A program made the translations under genes and the position numbers. The notes under the pieces were generated by a model. The model was not told the DNA's origin. It ran no database searches and saw only the letters and a list, made by a program, of their open reading frames with translations. Shown here piece after piece: positions 38,500-48,539 of a stretch of DNA of 64,000 nt. Position 1 is the first letter of the stretch; the number at the start of each line of letters is the position of its first letter. The stretch is from Parcubacteria group bacterium M10-OD1-1 (GTDB taxonomy: Bacteria > Patescibacteriota > Minisyncoccia > Moranbacterales > UBA2206): positions 9,351 to 73,350 of the forward strand of contig LSNL01000001.1 in assembly GCA_003056145.1 (NCBI GenBank), in the 5' to 3' direction.

Positions 38500-39624
38500 A
38501 TGAGTTTAGAACCCCAAGGACAATTTAAAAAATTTCTAGAAAAATCTAAAGATGTTTTAATCCTTATTTCTGAGGGTCCTTCCAGTGATGCTGTTGGCTC
38601 AGCTTGGTCTCTTTATTATTTTTTAGAAAAATTAAATATCACTCCTACTATTGCTTTTTCTAATAATCTATCGCCTAAATTTGATTTTTTAACTAAACCT
38701 TCTCGTCTCTTAAAAGAACTTTCTGGAGCTCGTGATTTTGTTTTATCTTTTGACACTACCAGGAATAAAATTATTAAATTACGTCAAGAAGAAAAAGAAA
38801 ATCGTTTTAATATTTTCGTTACTCCTGAAAAAGGATCTGTTGACCCAAGAGATTTTTCTTTTATTTTAGCCAAATTCAAATATGATCTAGTGGTTGTTAT
38901 TGGCATACCAGATTTAGAAAAACTTGGTAATTTATATTTAAAAAATACCGATTTATTTTTTGAGGTTCCCATTGTCAATATTGATCACCAAAGTAATAAT
39001 GATAATTTTGGACAAATAAATTTAGTGGATGTAACTTCTTCTTCTTCTTCTGAAATTTTAGCCAATTTTTTTGAGAATTTTAATAAAAATTTAATTGATG
39101 AAAATATTGCCACCTGCCTTTTAACTGGTTTAATAGGCGGAACAGAAAGTTTTCAGAAAAAAAATACCACGCCTAAAGCTTTAGCTTTGGCCGCTTCTTT
39201 AATGGATAAGGGAGCTAACCAACAAGAAATTATTCGTTGGCTTTATAAAACTCAGCCTTTACATATTTTAAAACTTTGGGGACGAGCAATGGCAAAAATA
39301 AATTGGGAAGAAAATAGTCAACTAATTTGGTCAACTATTTCCGTAGAAGATTTTGTTCAAAGTCGGTCATCTCAAGAAGATTTACCTTTGATTATTGAAA
39401 AGCTCCAAGAAAATTATAGCGAAGGAAAAATATTTATTGTTGTTTATAATGATACTCCAGAAACGACTGTTATTCTCATTAAAACAACTAGTCCAAAAAT
39501 GATGGAAAAATTATATTCTCATTTAGATGGAGAAATTAAAAAAGAACTCCTAAAAATCAGGCTTAAGAATAATAATTTATTAGAAGTGGGCAAATCTATT
39601 GCACAAAAAATTAACTCTCTTTAA
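38500..39624 (+). CDS. DHH-DHHA1 family protein (NrnA-like) with degenerate catalytic motifs
   Basis: Motif I is SEGPSSDAVGS (cf. HxNPDGDALGS), the DHH motif is IDHQ, and the DHHA1 GGGH motif is GGTE. I placed the start at the Met at 38500; the ORF track starts at 38437. Confidence 0.55.
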   Translation: MSLEPQGQFKKFLEKSKDVLILISEGPSSDAVGSAWSLYYFLEKLNITPTIAFSNNLSPKFDFLTKPSRLLKELSGARDFVLSFDTTRNKIIKLRQEEKENRFNIFVTPEKGSVDPRDFSFILAKFKYDLVVVIGIPDLEKLGNLYLKNTDLFFEVPIVNIDHQSNNDNFGQINLVDVTSSSSSEILANFFENFNKNLIDENIATCLLTGLIGGTESFQKKNTTPKALALAASLMDKGANQQEIIRWLYKTQPLHILKLWGRAMAKINWEENSQLIWSTISVEDFVQSRSSQEDLPLIIEKLQENYSEGKIFIVVYNDTPETTVILIKTTSPKMMEKLYSHLDGEIKKELLKIRLKNNNLLEVGKSIAQKINSL

Positions 39625-39646
39625 TTATTTTTTTCATTACTTTTTT

Positions 39647-39670
39647 AAAACAGGCTAGCCCTGTTTTTTT
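39647..39670 (+). terminator. Hairpin terminator AAAACAGGCTAGCCCTGTTTTTTT
   Basis: It is a stem followed by a T-run, 23 nt after the DHH gene stop. Confidence 0.55.
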
Positions 39671-39731
39671 GTTGGCTCTTTTGTGATAAAATAAAATTAT
39701 TAAAAACATTCTTTCATTTTAAAAAATTCTA

Positions 39732-42700
39732 ATGATTAAAATAACTAAAGAAGTAAAAAAAGAAGTAAAAAAAGAATCTAAAACTCAAAAAATTATTTCT
39801 CGTTTTAGAAAAAAAGAAGAAGAAGAAATGACTTCCGCTTTAGCTAATGAATTAAACCTTCCCTATATAGATACTAATTTAGTACCTATTTCTACTGACG
39901 CTATTAAACTTTTAAGCGAAGAAGAGTCTGTAAAATTTGAGCTAGCTATTATTCATCGCTCAGGGAAAAATGTTACTTTAGTTGCTACCCATCCTCAACA
40001 AACCGATACTCAAGAATTTATTAAAAAACTTCAAGAGAAAGAAAGTTGGAAAATAAAAATTTTTATTATTTCCCGCTCTAATCTTCAACGAATTTGGGAA
40101 AGATATAAAAAGATTGTTTTTGTTGACGCCCTTGATCAAATGAGTCTTAATCTTAGCGGGAAAGATTTAGAAAAGTTTGAAGCTGAAATGAAAGATTTAA
40201 TTACATTGAAACATCGTATTGTTGAACTGCCAGTTACTCAAATTCTAAATATTATGCTAGCGGGAGCTTATAAGTTAGGTGCTAGCGATGTACATATTGA
40301 ACCTCAAGAAAAAGAACTCCGCCTTCGTTATAGAATTGATGGTGTACTTCAAGATGTTGCTTTTTTACCTCTTAATGTTTTTAAGAGTGTTATCTCTCGT
40401 CTTAAGTTAATGGCACATATGAAATTAAACTTGCGAGACATTGCTCAAGATGGAACCTTTGAAATTAATTTAGCTGAAAAAAAAATTTCTATCCGAGCAT
40501 CTATTATTCCTGGTAATTTTGGCGAATCAATAGTAATGAGATTGTTAGATCCAGATTCTATTAAAGTTCAGCTTGAAAGTCTAGGCATTCAAGGTTTAGC
40601 TTACGAAACTCTCCAAAAACAAATAGAAGCCCCAAATGGAATGATTTTAAATACTGGTCCAACAGGTTCAGGAAAAACTACCACGCTTTATTCTATTATT
40701 AATAAACTAAACACTCCCGATAAAAAAATAATTACTATTGAAGATCCTATTGAATATGAATTGAAAGGCATCTCTCAAACTCAAATAGATAAAGACCACG
40801 GCTATTCTTTTGCTCAAGGTCTTCGTGCTATGGTTAGACAAGATCCAGATGTAATTTTAGTAGGAGAAATCCGAGATGATGAAACAGCTGATATTGCTGT
40901 TAATTCAGCTCTTACTGGGCATTTAGTCCTTTCTTCTTTGCATACTAATAATGCTATTGGAGCCATTCCCCGACTTTTAGAGTTGGGAATAAAACCTACT
41001 TTAATGGCTCCTTCTATCAATGCTATTGTCGGTCAACGATTAGTAAGAAAACTTTGTGATTGTAAAGAAGCTTACGCACCAGCCAAAGAATCTATTGAAT
41101 CAATTAAAAAAATTCTTTCTATTATTTCACCCAAGTCTAAAATAGAAATTCCTAAAAAGATTGAAAAACTTTATCGCCCGACTGGTTGTCCTAAATGCAA
41201 TAACATTGGCTATAAAGGACGCGTAGGAATATTTGAAATTCTAACTATTAATGAAGAAATTGAAAAATTAATTTTAGATATGGCTGGCGAAACTGATTTA
41301 GCTGTCACTGCTTTAGAAGCTGGTATGGTAACCATGCTTCAGGATGGAATTTTAAAAGCTGTTAATGGTATCACCTCTATTGATGAAGTTGAGCGAGTAA
41401 CTGGACAAGGAGAATTTCTAGAAGCTATTTATGAAAAATTAATGGCTCAAACTTTAGGCAAAGGTATTTTAATAGAAAAAACTCATTATGAAAATGCTCA
41501 GGCAGTCGCTCATAATTTTAAAAAACTAGGAGAACTTTTACTTTCCTTAAAGACAACTGAAATTAATAAAACTATTTTTGCCGCCGCCGCCATTCTTGGC
41601 GTTGGTGACATTCACATAGAACCTGAAGAAAATGATGTTAAAATTAGATTTAGAATTGATGGAATTTTACAAAATATCGTTTCTTTGCCTCTCAATGAAT
41701 ATCCAGCTTTATTAGGTGAAATAAAAATACTTTCTGGTGTTAAAACTGAAGTTAGACAAGGAGTGGTAGATAGTCGCTTTACTATTAAATTTGATGATGA
41801 TATTGACTCAGGAAAAAAGAAAAAAATTGACGTCAGAATTTCTATTATTTTAGGTGGTTATGGAGAAACAGTAGTAATGCGTTTACTTAATCAATCCTCA
41901 GTCAGTTTAGATTTAACAAAACTAGGTATTCGCCAACAAAATTTAGAAAAACTTCTTCACCAAGCTAAAAAACCTAATGGGATTGTTTTAAATACTGGCC
42001 CAACTGGCTCAGGAAAAACTACCACGCTTTATAGTGTACTCAACATTCTCAATAAGCCAGAAGTCAAAATTATTACCGTTGAAGATCCAATTGAATATCA
42101 AATCCCAGGCATTCTTCAAACGCCCACTAACGAAAAAGAAGGTTACACATTTTCTACTGCTCTACGAGCACTCTTACGACAAAATCCTGACATTCTCATG
42201 ATCGGTGAAATGCGAGACAATGAAACAGCTCAAGTAGCTGTACAAGCTGCTTTAACTGGACATTTAGTTCTCTCCACTATCCATACCAATAGTTCAGCTG
42301 GAGCGGTAGCAAGGATTATGAATATGGGAGTCTCTCCCTCTGACATAGCTACTTCATCTAACGCTTTTTTTGCCCAAAGATTAGTGCGTCATCTTTGCGA
42401 TTGCAAAGAAAAAGTCATTCCTACTCAAGAAGAAAAAAATAAGATTGAAGGTGTCCTTAAATCTATTAGTCAAGAATCAGGAGTTGAAATCCCTTCAGTT
42501 AATGATATTTACCATCCTAAAGGTTGTGCAAAATGTAACCAAATTGGCTATCGTGGACGCACAACTATTAGTGAAATATTTGTTATTGATCGTGAGATAG
42601 AAGAATTAATAACCCGTGGAGCTATTACTTCTGAACTTCAAGATAAAGCCGTAGAATTAGGAATGATTACTTTAGTCCAAGATGGAGTTCTAAAAGTTTT

Positions 42701-42749
42701 AGAAGGGGAAACTAGCCTTGAAGAAGTAGAGCGCGTAACAGATTTATAA
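39732..42749 (+). CDS. pilB: Tandem-duplicated type IV pilus / type II secretion ATPase (two complete PilB/GspE modules in one 1005-aa polypeptide)
   Basis: It has a GspE N1 domain, then two modules. Each carries Walker A (GPTGSGKTTTLYS), an Asp box (EDPIEY), Walker B (GEIRD / GEMRD), a His box (GHLVLS), and a tetracysteine motif (CDCK...CPKC / CDCK...CAKC). Confidence 0.85.
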   Translation: MIKITKEVKKEVKKESKTQKIISRFRKKEEEEMTSALANELNLPYIDTNLVPISTDAIKLLSEEESVKFELAIIHRSGKNVTLVATHPQQTDTQEFIKKLQEKESWKIKIFIISRSNLQRIWERYKKIVFVDALDQMSLNLSGKDLEKFEAEMKDLITLKHRIVELPVTQILNIMLAGAYKLGASDVHIEPQEKELRLRYRIDGVLQDVAFLPLNVFKSVISRLKLMAHMKLNLRDIAQDGTFEINLAEKKISIRASIIPGNFGESIVMRLLDPDSIKVQLESLGIQGLAYETLQKQIEAPNGMILNTGPTGSGKTTTLYSIINKLNTPDKKIITIEDPIEYELKGISQTQIDKDHGYSFAQGLRAMVRQDPDVILVGEIRDDETADIAVNSALTGHLVLSSLHTNNAIGAIPRLLELGIKPTLMAPSINAIVGQRLVRKLCDCKEAYAPAKESIESIKKILSIISPKSKIEIPKKIEKLYRPTGCPKCNNIGYKGRVGIFEILTINEEIEKLILDMAGETDLAVTALEAGMVTMLQDGILKAVNGITSIDEVERVTGQGEFLEAIYEKLMAQTLGKGILIEKTHYENAQAVAHNFKKLGELLLSLKTTEINKTIFAAAAILGVGDIHIEPEENDVKIRFRIDGILQNIVSLPLNEYPALLGEIKILSGVKTEVRQGVVDSRFTIKFDDDIDSGKKKKIDVRISIILGGYGETVVMRLLNQSSVSLDLTKLGIRQQNLEKLLHQAKKPNGIVLNTGPTGSGKTTTLYSVLNILNKPEVKIITVEDPIEYQIPGILQTPTNEKEGYTFSTALRALLRQNPDILMIGEMRDNETAQVAVQAALTGHLVLSTIHTNSSAGAVARIMNMGVSPSDIATSSNAFFAQRLVRHLCDCKEKVIPTQEEKNKIEGVLKSISQESGVEIPSVNDIYHPKGCAKCNQIGYRGRTTISEIFVIDREIEELITRGAITSELQDKAVELGMITLVQDGVLKVLEGETSLEEVERVTDL

Positions 42750-42771
42750 ATCACTGAATAATAAATAAAAA

Positions 42772-42800
42772 ACAACGTCCAATGACGTTGTTTTTTATTT
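42772..42800 (+). terminator. Rho-independent terminator AACAACGTC-CAAT-GACGTTGTT followed by a T-run
   Basis: It is a 9-bp perfect stem followed by TTTTTATTTTT, downstream of the pilB stop. Confidence 0.65.
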
Positions 42801-43155
42801 TTCTCCTGAAAAAAAATAGTTTTCTTGGCTAAATATTGTCAGTAACTATTTCATTAAAACACTAACCTGTAGGCAAATCCCAAAACTAAGAGCCTTGGGG
42901 AAGGAACAATATCGAGGCACATCCCAGCCAAAACCAGAATGCCCATATCTTGAAAAAAGTTCCCGATATTGATAACAAAAGATAGAAGTTACCAATTACC
43001 TACAGTTTACTGCTAATCATCTAAAAACAATTGTTTTGTAAGATGACTTTGAAGGTTAGCATAGCTTGTAAATTTTGTCAAGTAATGCTAAACTAAATTT
43101 AGAAAATTACCTTTACTTCTAGTCTTTTTAACTTCCTTTAAATTATCTATTTCTT

Positions 43156-44157
43156 ATGACTATTGCCCATGCCGAAGAACAAATTGAAGACATTGGTTTA
43201 GATTTAACTTTACGACCTCAAACTTTTACTGATTACGTTGGTCAAGAAAAAGTAAAAAAAAATTTAAATATTCTTATTCAAGCTGCTCAAAAAAGAAAAG
43301 AATCCATTGAGCATGTTCTTCTTTATGGCCCAGCTGGATTGGGAAAAACTACTCTCGCTAATATCATCGCCAAAGAAATGGGTGTTAATATTAAAACCAC
43401 TTCTGGACCAGCTATTGAAAGAGTTGGCGATTTTGGTTCAATACTAACTAATCTCTCTGATGGAGATATTCTTTTTATCGATGAAATTCATCGTCTCAAT
43501 AAATCTATTGAAGAAATTCTCTATCCCGCAATGGAAGATTACAAACTTGATATCATAATTGGAAAAGGTCCTTCTGCTAGAACTATTCAGTTAGATTTAC
43601 CTCATTTTACTTTAATTGGAGCTACTACTAAACTAGGAGCTCTCTCCAATCCTCTCCGTAATCGTTTTGGAGCTATTCATCGATTAGAATTTTATTCTAA
43701 TGATGAGATTAAACGCATCATTGAAAGATCAAGTAGAATATTAGGCGTTAATATTAATAGTAATGGACTTCAAAAAATTGCTAGCTGTGCCCGTTATACA
43801 CCAAGAGTGGCCAACCGACTAATCAAACGAGTACGTGATTATTCTCAAATAAAAGAATTCTCGATTATCACTGGTGAAGTAGCTAAAAAAGCTCTTGAAA
43901 TGATTGATGTTGACCCTATTGGTTTAGAGCCAGCCGACAAACATATTTTAAAAACTATTATTGAAAAGTTTAGAGGTGGTCCAGTTGGATTAGGAACTTT
44001 AGCGGCCGCCACTTCAGAAGAAATTTCTACCATAGAAGAAGTTTATGAGCCTTATTTAATGCAACTTGGATTTATCGCCAGAACTCCCCGCGGAAGAGTA
44101 GCCACAGAAGATGCTTATAATCACTTAGGTATTAAATACGAAACAAAAGAAAAATAA
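43156..44157 (+). CDS. ruvB: Holliday junction DNA helicase RuvB
   Basis: The AAA+ Walker [19 protein letters not shown], the Walker [11 protein letters not shown], and a RuvB C-terminal winged helix support the call. Confidence 0.9.
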   Translation: MTIAHAEEQIEDIGLDLTLRPQTFTDYVGQEKVKKNLNILIQAAQKRKESIEHVLLYGPAGLGKTTLANIIAKEMGVNIKTTSGPAIERVGDFGSILTNLSDGDILFIDEIHRLNKSIEEILYPAMEDYKLDIIIGKGPSARTIQLDLPHFTLIGATTKLGALSNPLRNRFGAIHRLEFYSNDEIKRIIERSSRILGVNINSNGLQKIASCARYTPRVANRLIKRVRDYSQIKEFSIITGEVAKKALEMIDVDPIGLEPADKHILKTIIEKFRGGPVGLGTLAAATSEEISTIEEVYEPYLMQLGFIARTPRGRVATEDAYNHLGIKYETKEK

Positions 44158-44198
44158 TTTTTTATTTTTAAAAGCTTTAACTCAATAATCTCAAATTA

Positions 44199-44423
44199 AT
44201 GTTTTATCTTATTCTTGCTTTATACGGAATTATTATCCTTACTTTTATTTTAATGTTCTCTTTTATTATTTACCATTTTGTAAGATATTCTACTAACGTC
44301 AGTTTAAATAAAATTTTATTACCAATTTTTATTCTAGTTTCTATTTTATTACTTTTTTCTAATATTTTCCTTTTTTTCTCTGTTAATTGGACAGCTTTAT
44401 TATCAAAATTATTTTTTAACTAA
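44199..44423 (+). CDS. Small hydrophobic membrane protein (74 aa)
   Basis: It has two TM helices and no recognisable motifs. Confidence 0.3.
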   Translation: MFYLILALYGIIILTFILMFSFIIYHFVRYSTNVSLNKILLPIFILVSILLLFSNIFLFFSVNWTALLSKLFFN

Positions 44424-44431
44424 AACTTGCT

Positions 44432-45019
44432 ATGAAAAATTTTAACACTTATCATTTTGATGGACAAAAGAATAATGAGAAAATTCTTTTAGTTCTTCAT
44501 CGCCACTGGTTTGATATAATCAAGCAATTTTTTCCTATTTTTTTAATGACACTACTTCTTTTTGTCAGTTATTATTTCCAATCTCTTTTTTATTCTTTTT
44601 TTAATGATTCTCTTATTAAAGAATTTATGTTTTTTATCCGTAATCTCTTTTTTATGTTTATTTGGATGACTTTTTTTATAATTTGGATTGATTATTATTT
44701 TGATATTTGGATAATCACTGATCAACATATAGTTAATATAGAACAAAAAGGCTTATTTGCTAGAACGGTTAGTGAGTTAGAAATTGAAAAAATTCAAGAT
44801 GTTACCACTGAAGTCAAAGGATTAATTCCAACTTTTTTAAATTATGGTAATCTTCTTGTTCAGACCGCCGCCGAAAAAGACCGTTTTACTTTCCATAATA
44901 TTCCAGATCCCTATTCTGTTCGTGATTTAACAATGAAACTCCAAGCTAAACAAGAAGCTTTAGAAGAAAATGAATTTGGAGATATGCTAAGGAAAAAAAT
45001 TCATCATGACATAGAATAG
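44432..45019 (+). CDS. Membrane-flanked bacterial PH domain protein (DUF304/bPH_2, YdbS-like)
   Basis: An N-terminal segment (EKILLVLHRHWFDII) is followed by two TM helices and a PH-like C-terminal domain. Confidence 0.45.
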   Translation: MKNFNTYHFDGQKNNEKILLVLHRHWFDIIKQFFPIFLMTLLLFVSYYFQSLFYSFFNDSLIKEFMFFIRNLFFMFIWMTFFIIWIDYYFDIWIITDQHIVNIEQKGLFARTVSELEIEKIQDVTTEVKGLIPTFLNYGNLLVQTAAEKDRFTFHNIPDPYSVRDLTMKLQAKQEALEENEFGDMLRKKIHHDIE

Positions 45020-45057
45020 ATTTAAAAGGTAGTTCCTTTATTATTTTTTAAGTTCGG

Positions 45058-47103
45058 GTGAAAATTGAAAAAAAACACAAAAGCACTTTTATTTTTCTAA
45101 GCTTATTTATTATAATAGGATTTTTTAGATTTAATAAATGCCAAGCAAACCAAAATATATTCCTAAATGAGATTTTAATAAATGGGACAAACAAAGAAGA
45201 ATTTATAGAGCTTTATAACCCTACTTCACAAGAAATTAAATTAAAAAATTATTATTTAGTCTATTATTCCTCAAAAAGAAATTGGAATAAACCCTATAAA
45301 AAAAATATCTTTCCAAAAAAATCGGCTATTAAACCTAGTAATTTTTTTCTAATTGCCATGAAAGGAGGTCTCCCTAAGTCAGTACATTCCGATTGGAGTC
45401 TTAATTATCATTTAAGTAACTCTAATGGCTCTGTAGCTCTTTTTCCTAATAATACTTTTGAAAAAAATAATTGTCTTAATTTGTTAGCTTGGGGAAAAGT
45501 CTTTGCTGTTGGTAAAGGACAAGAGCTAAAATCTAGCAAAACTGGTCAAAGTTTTGAAAGAACAACTGTTACTAAAAATAAATGGCAAAAATCGTATATT
45601 TTAAATGGCACCCCTGGCTATAAAAATTCTACTCAACCAATTTTAAAAAATTATACTCATAAAATAAAAATTAACGAAATTTATCCATCACCTAATACCC
45701 GTATCGGCGAAACAGAATTTATTGAAATAAAAAATATTTCTAAGGAAAATATAAACCTGAAAAATTGGTCCGCCTCGGATTCAATTCACAAAGGAAAGCT
45801 TTTAAAAAAAAGTTACATTTTACAACCTAATGCATTTTATGTTTTCCAGGGAAAATTCTATCTTAATTCTTCTAATGACAGCGCTAATGTTTTTGATGAA
45901 AATAAAAAATTAGTTGCCTCTCTTTCTTACAAGAAAGGAAAATCCAGATATTCATACGCTTTTGACGGATCTACTTGGCGCTGGACTAGTCAATTAACTC
46001 CCGGAGAAAAAAATAAATTTGATAAAATTCTTTCTGGAAAAATTATTAAAGATAAGCCTATTTATAAAAATATCTATGCCAATTTTAAAGTAAAATCCAA
46101 TAAAGATGTTCAAAAATTTACTTGGAACTTTGGTGATGGTCATAAAAGTTATCTCAAAAATACTCACCACAAATATAAAAAAACTGGAAAATATAAAGTC
46201 AGCTTAAAAATTACTGGCAAAGGCGAAAGTTCTTTTTATAATTTTATTATTAAAGTAAGGAAGTATAAAGCTCTTAAAGTAAGAATAAAAATACTTTTTC
46301 CTAATCCCAAAGGAAATGACTTTAAAAATGAATGGCTTAGTATAAAAAACGAATCAAAAAAAAATATAAACCTGAAAAATTGGAGTATTGCTACTGGATG
46401 GAAAAAATTATCTAATCATCCAATTAGAAAAGATTTTAAAATTAAATCAGGTAAAATAAAAATTCTCACTCATAATGTCTGTGCTTTCACACTTAACAAC
46501 ACCAAAGCTAAAATTGAACTTAGAGACCCCAGTGGAAAGATTATTCAAAAAATAAGATATAGACAAAATAAAGCTGTCCCTGAAAATTCTTTTTATCAAA
46601 AAATAAATTATCACTGGAAATGGTTTTTCCCTCAAAAAAAATCTTCCTCACAAACACTAAAAAAAGTAGCTGGAGCCAGTACAACTAAATTCCTTTCCTT
46701 TATTTCACACTCTTCTTTGATTAAGAAACCTCTTTTTTCTAAAAAAATATTCCTTCTTTCTTCTACTCCTTTCTCTTCATCTTCTCACGCTAAAATTAAA
46801 GACTTACCAAAAAAAACATCTCCGTTTATTTCTTTAATTTCCCCTAAAAAGAAGATAAATTCCCAATTAATATTACCGAACATAGTTTCTCCTCTTAAAA
46901 TTACCACTCGTTTTTTTCAAAAATCAAAACAACCAATTCACCTTTTTCTTATTTCTAATAACTCTTTTTCGTCAACTCATCCTAAAATTATTTTTTATTC
47001 CTTCACTAAAAAAATTTCTTCTGAATACTGGCTGATAAAATTTACTCGTCATTTCAACCGTTTTCTTAATTCAAGGCTCAATCAATTATTTTGGCAACTA
47101 TAA
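45058..47103 (+). CDS. Secreted multi-domain surface protein with three lamin-tail domains (LTD), one PKD domain, and a low-complexity C-terminal tail
   Basis: It has a signal peptide, LTD blocks (LNEILINGTNKEEFIELYNPT...LKNYYL, KINEIYPSPN...EFIEIKN...LKNWS, LFPNPKGND...LKNWS), and a PKD domain (FTWNFGDGH...GKYKVSLKITGKG). Confidence 0.6.
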   Translation: MKIEKKHKSTFIFLSLFIIIGFFRFNKCQANQNIFLNEILINGTNKEEFIELYNPTSQEIKLKNYYLVYYSSKRNWNKPYKKNIFPKKSAIKPSNFFLIAMKGGLPKSVHSDWSLNYHLSNSNGSVALFPNNTFEKNNCLNLLAWGKVFAVGKGQELKSSKTGQSFERTTVTKNKWQKSYILNGTPGYKNSTQPILKNYTHKIKINEIYPSPNTRIGETEFIEIKNISKENINLKNWSASDSIHKGKLLKKSYILQPNAFYVFQGKFYLNSSNDSANVFDENKKLVASLSYKKGKSRYSYAFDGSTWRWTSQLTPGEKNKFDKILSGKIIKDKPIYKNIYANFKVKSNKDVQKFTWNFGDGHKSYLKNTHHKYKKTGKYKVSLKITGKGESSFYNFIIKVRKYKALKVRIKILFPNPKGNDFKNEWLSIKNESKKNINLKNWSIATGWKKLSNHPIRKDFKIKSGKIKILTHNVCAFTLNNTKAKIELRDPSGKIIQKIRYRQNKAVPENSFYQKINYHWKWFFPQKKSSSQTLKKVAGASTTKFLSFISHSSLIKKPLFSKKIFLLSSTPFSSSSHAKIKDLPKKTSPFISLISPKKKINSQLILPNIVSPLKITTRFFQKSKQPIHLFLISNNSFSSTHPKIIFYSFTKKISSEYWLIKFTRHFNRFLNSRLNQLFWQL

Positions 47104-47287
47104 ATTAAATCAATCTTATTTTCTATTAAAAACAGACTTTTTTTAATTTAAAAATTTACTCTCTACATAAGCAACCTCTTTAATCATTAAGAAAAAAAAT
47201 TTAGTTTGAAAAAAGCTTTTAAAGATGTTAGAATAAGCTAGTTATCAGCTAGTATTTTTTAATTTTAGTTAACTTTTTATTTTCATT

Positions 47288-48001
47288 ATGTCGGGACACT
47301 CACATTGGTCAGGAATAAAACATAAAAAAGGGTTACAAGACGCTAAGCGAGCTAAAATTTTTACTCGGGCAGGAAAGATGATTACTATCGCTGCTCGAGA
47401 AGGAGGAGGAAAACCAGATTCTAATTTAAAATTAAAACTAGCTATTGAGCAAGCCAAATCAGTTAATATGCCGAAAGAAAATATTGAGCGAGCAATAAAA
47501 CGAGGTACAGGAGAATTAAAAAGCAACTTCATTGAAGAGATTACTTATGAAGGAGTAGCTCCTGGCGGGATAATGATGATTATTAAAACAGCTACTGACA
47601 ATAGAAACAGAACTGTTAGTGAAATTAAAACTATCTTTACTAAATTAGGTGGTAAATTAGGTGAAGTGGGTAGCGTGATGTGGAATTTCGAACAAATAGG
47701 TAAAATCTTCCTAGCTATTCAAGAAAAAGATGTTGATAAATTAGAGTTATTAGCCATTGAAGCTGGAGCAGAAGATATCCAAAAAAATGAAAATACTCTT
47801 ATAATTTCTACTCGATCTAAAGACCTGCAATTAGTATTAGAAAAATTACTTAATCAGAACTTAGTTATTTTAGAATCTAGATTAGCTTATATACCTAAAA
47901 CAACCCTCATTGTCAATGAAAAAAATTATACCATTTACCAAAATATCTTAGATCAACTCAAAGAGCAAGAAGATGTGGATGAGATATATGATAATCTTTA
48001 A
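47288..48001 (+). CDS. yebC: YebC/PmpR family DNA-binding transcriptional regulator
   Basis: The N-terminus MSGHSHWSGIKHKKG...AKRAKIFTR is family-typical. It precedes ruvC, the conserved arrangement. Confidence 0.85.
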   Translation: MSGHSHWSGIKHKKGLQDAKRAKIFTRAGKMITIAAREGGGKPDSNLKLKLAIEQAKSVNMPKENIERAIKRGTGELKSNFIEEITYEGVAPGGIMMIIKTATDNRNRTVSEIKTIFTKLGGKLGEVGSVMWNFEQIGKIFLAIQEKDVDKLELLAIEAGAEDIQKNENTLIISTRSKDLQLVLEKLLNQNLVILESRLAYIPKTTLIVNEKNYTIYQNILDQLKEQEDVDEIYDNL

Positions 48002-48046
48002 TTTTTGGTTAATTATTCAATAATTGAAAATAAATTTAATATTTTT

Positions 48047-48535
48047 ATGAAAATACTCGGTATTGACCCTGGAACTGCTATTACCGGCTGGGCAATTATC
48101 TCCGAACGAAAAGGAGAAATTATTCCCCTAGCTTTTGGACATATCGCTACTAGTAAAGAAAATACTGAAGAAGAAAGACTTTTAGAAATAGCTAACGATT
48201 TAAAAATTATTGTCCAAAAATATCAACCTGAAGAAGCCTCTATTGAAAAGATTTTCTTTTTTAAGAATCAAAAAACAGTTATTCAGGTTGCCCAAGCTAG
48301 AGGAGCTATTTTATTGACACTTCAACTAAATAATGTTAGAGTATTTAGCTACACACCCCTTCAGGTAAAGCAAGCAATAACTGGCTACGGGCGAGCCGAC
48401 AAAAAACAAATTCAATTAATGACTAAAAGCCTTCTTCATTTAGAAAAACTCCCAAAACCTGATGATGTTGCTGATGCTCTTTCTATTGCTATTTGTCATT
48501 TAAACAGTCGCAAAATTAATAATTTATTACTTTAA
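48047..48535 (+). CDS. ruvC: Holliday junction resolvase RuvC
   Basis: MKILGIDPGTAITGWAII gives the catalytic Asp. I placed the start at the Met at 48047; the ORF track starts at 48005. Confidence 0.85.
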   Translation: MKILGIDPGTAITGWAIISERKGEIIPLAFGHIATSKENTEEERLLEIANDLKIIVQKYQPEEASIEKIFFFKNQKTVIQVAQARGAILLTLQLNNVRVFSYTPLQVKQAITGYGRADKKQIQLMTKSLLHLEKLPKPDDVADALSIAICHLNSRKINNLLL

Positions 48536-48539
48536 ATTT

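Noticed and set aside
42860-43010. Candidate ncRNA tested against an SRP (4.5S) RNA identity
   Set aside because: The conserved helix-8 motif (GGAAGCAGCC / AGGUCCGGAAGG) is not present. It is retained only as a generic ncRNA candidate in the findings.
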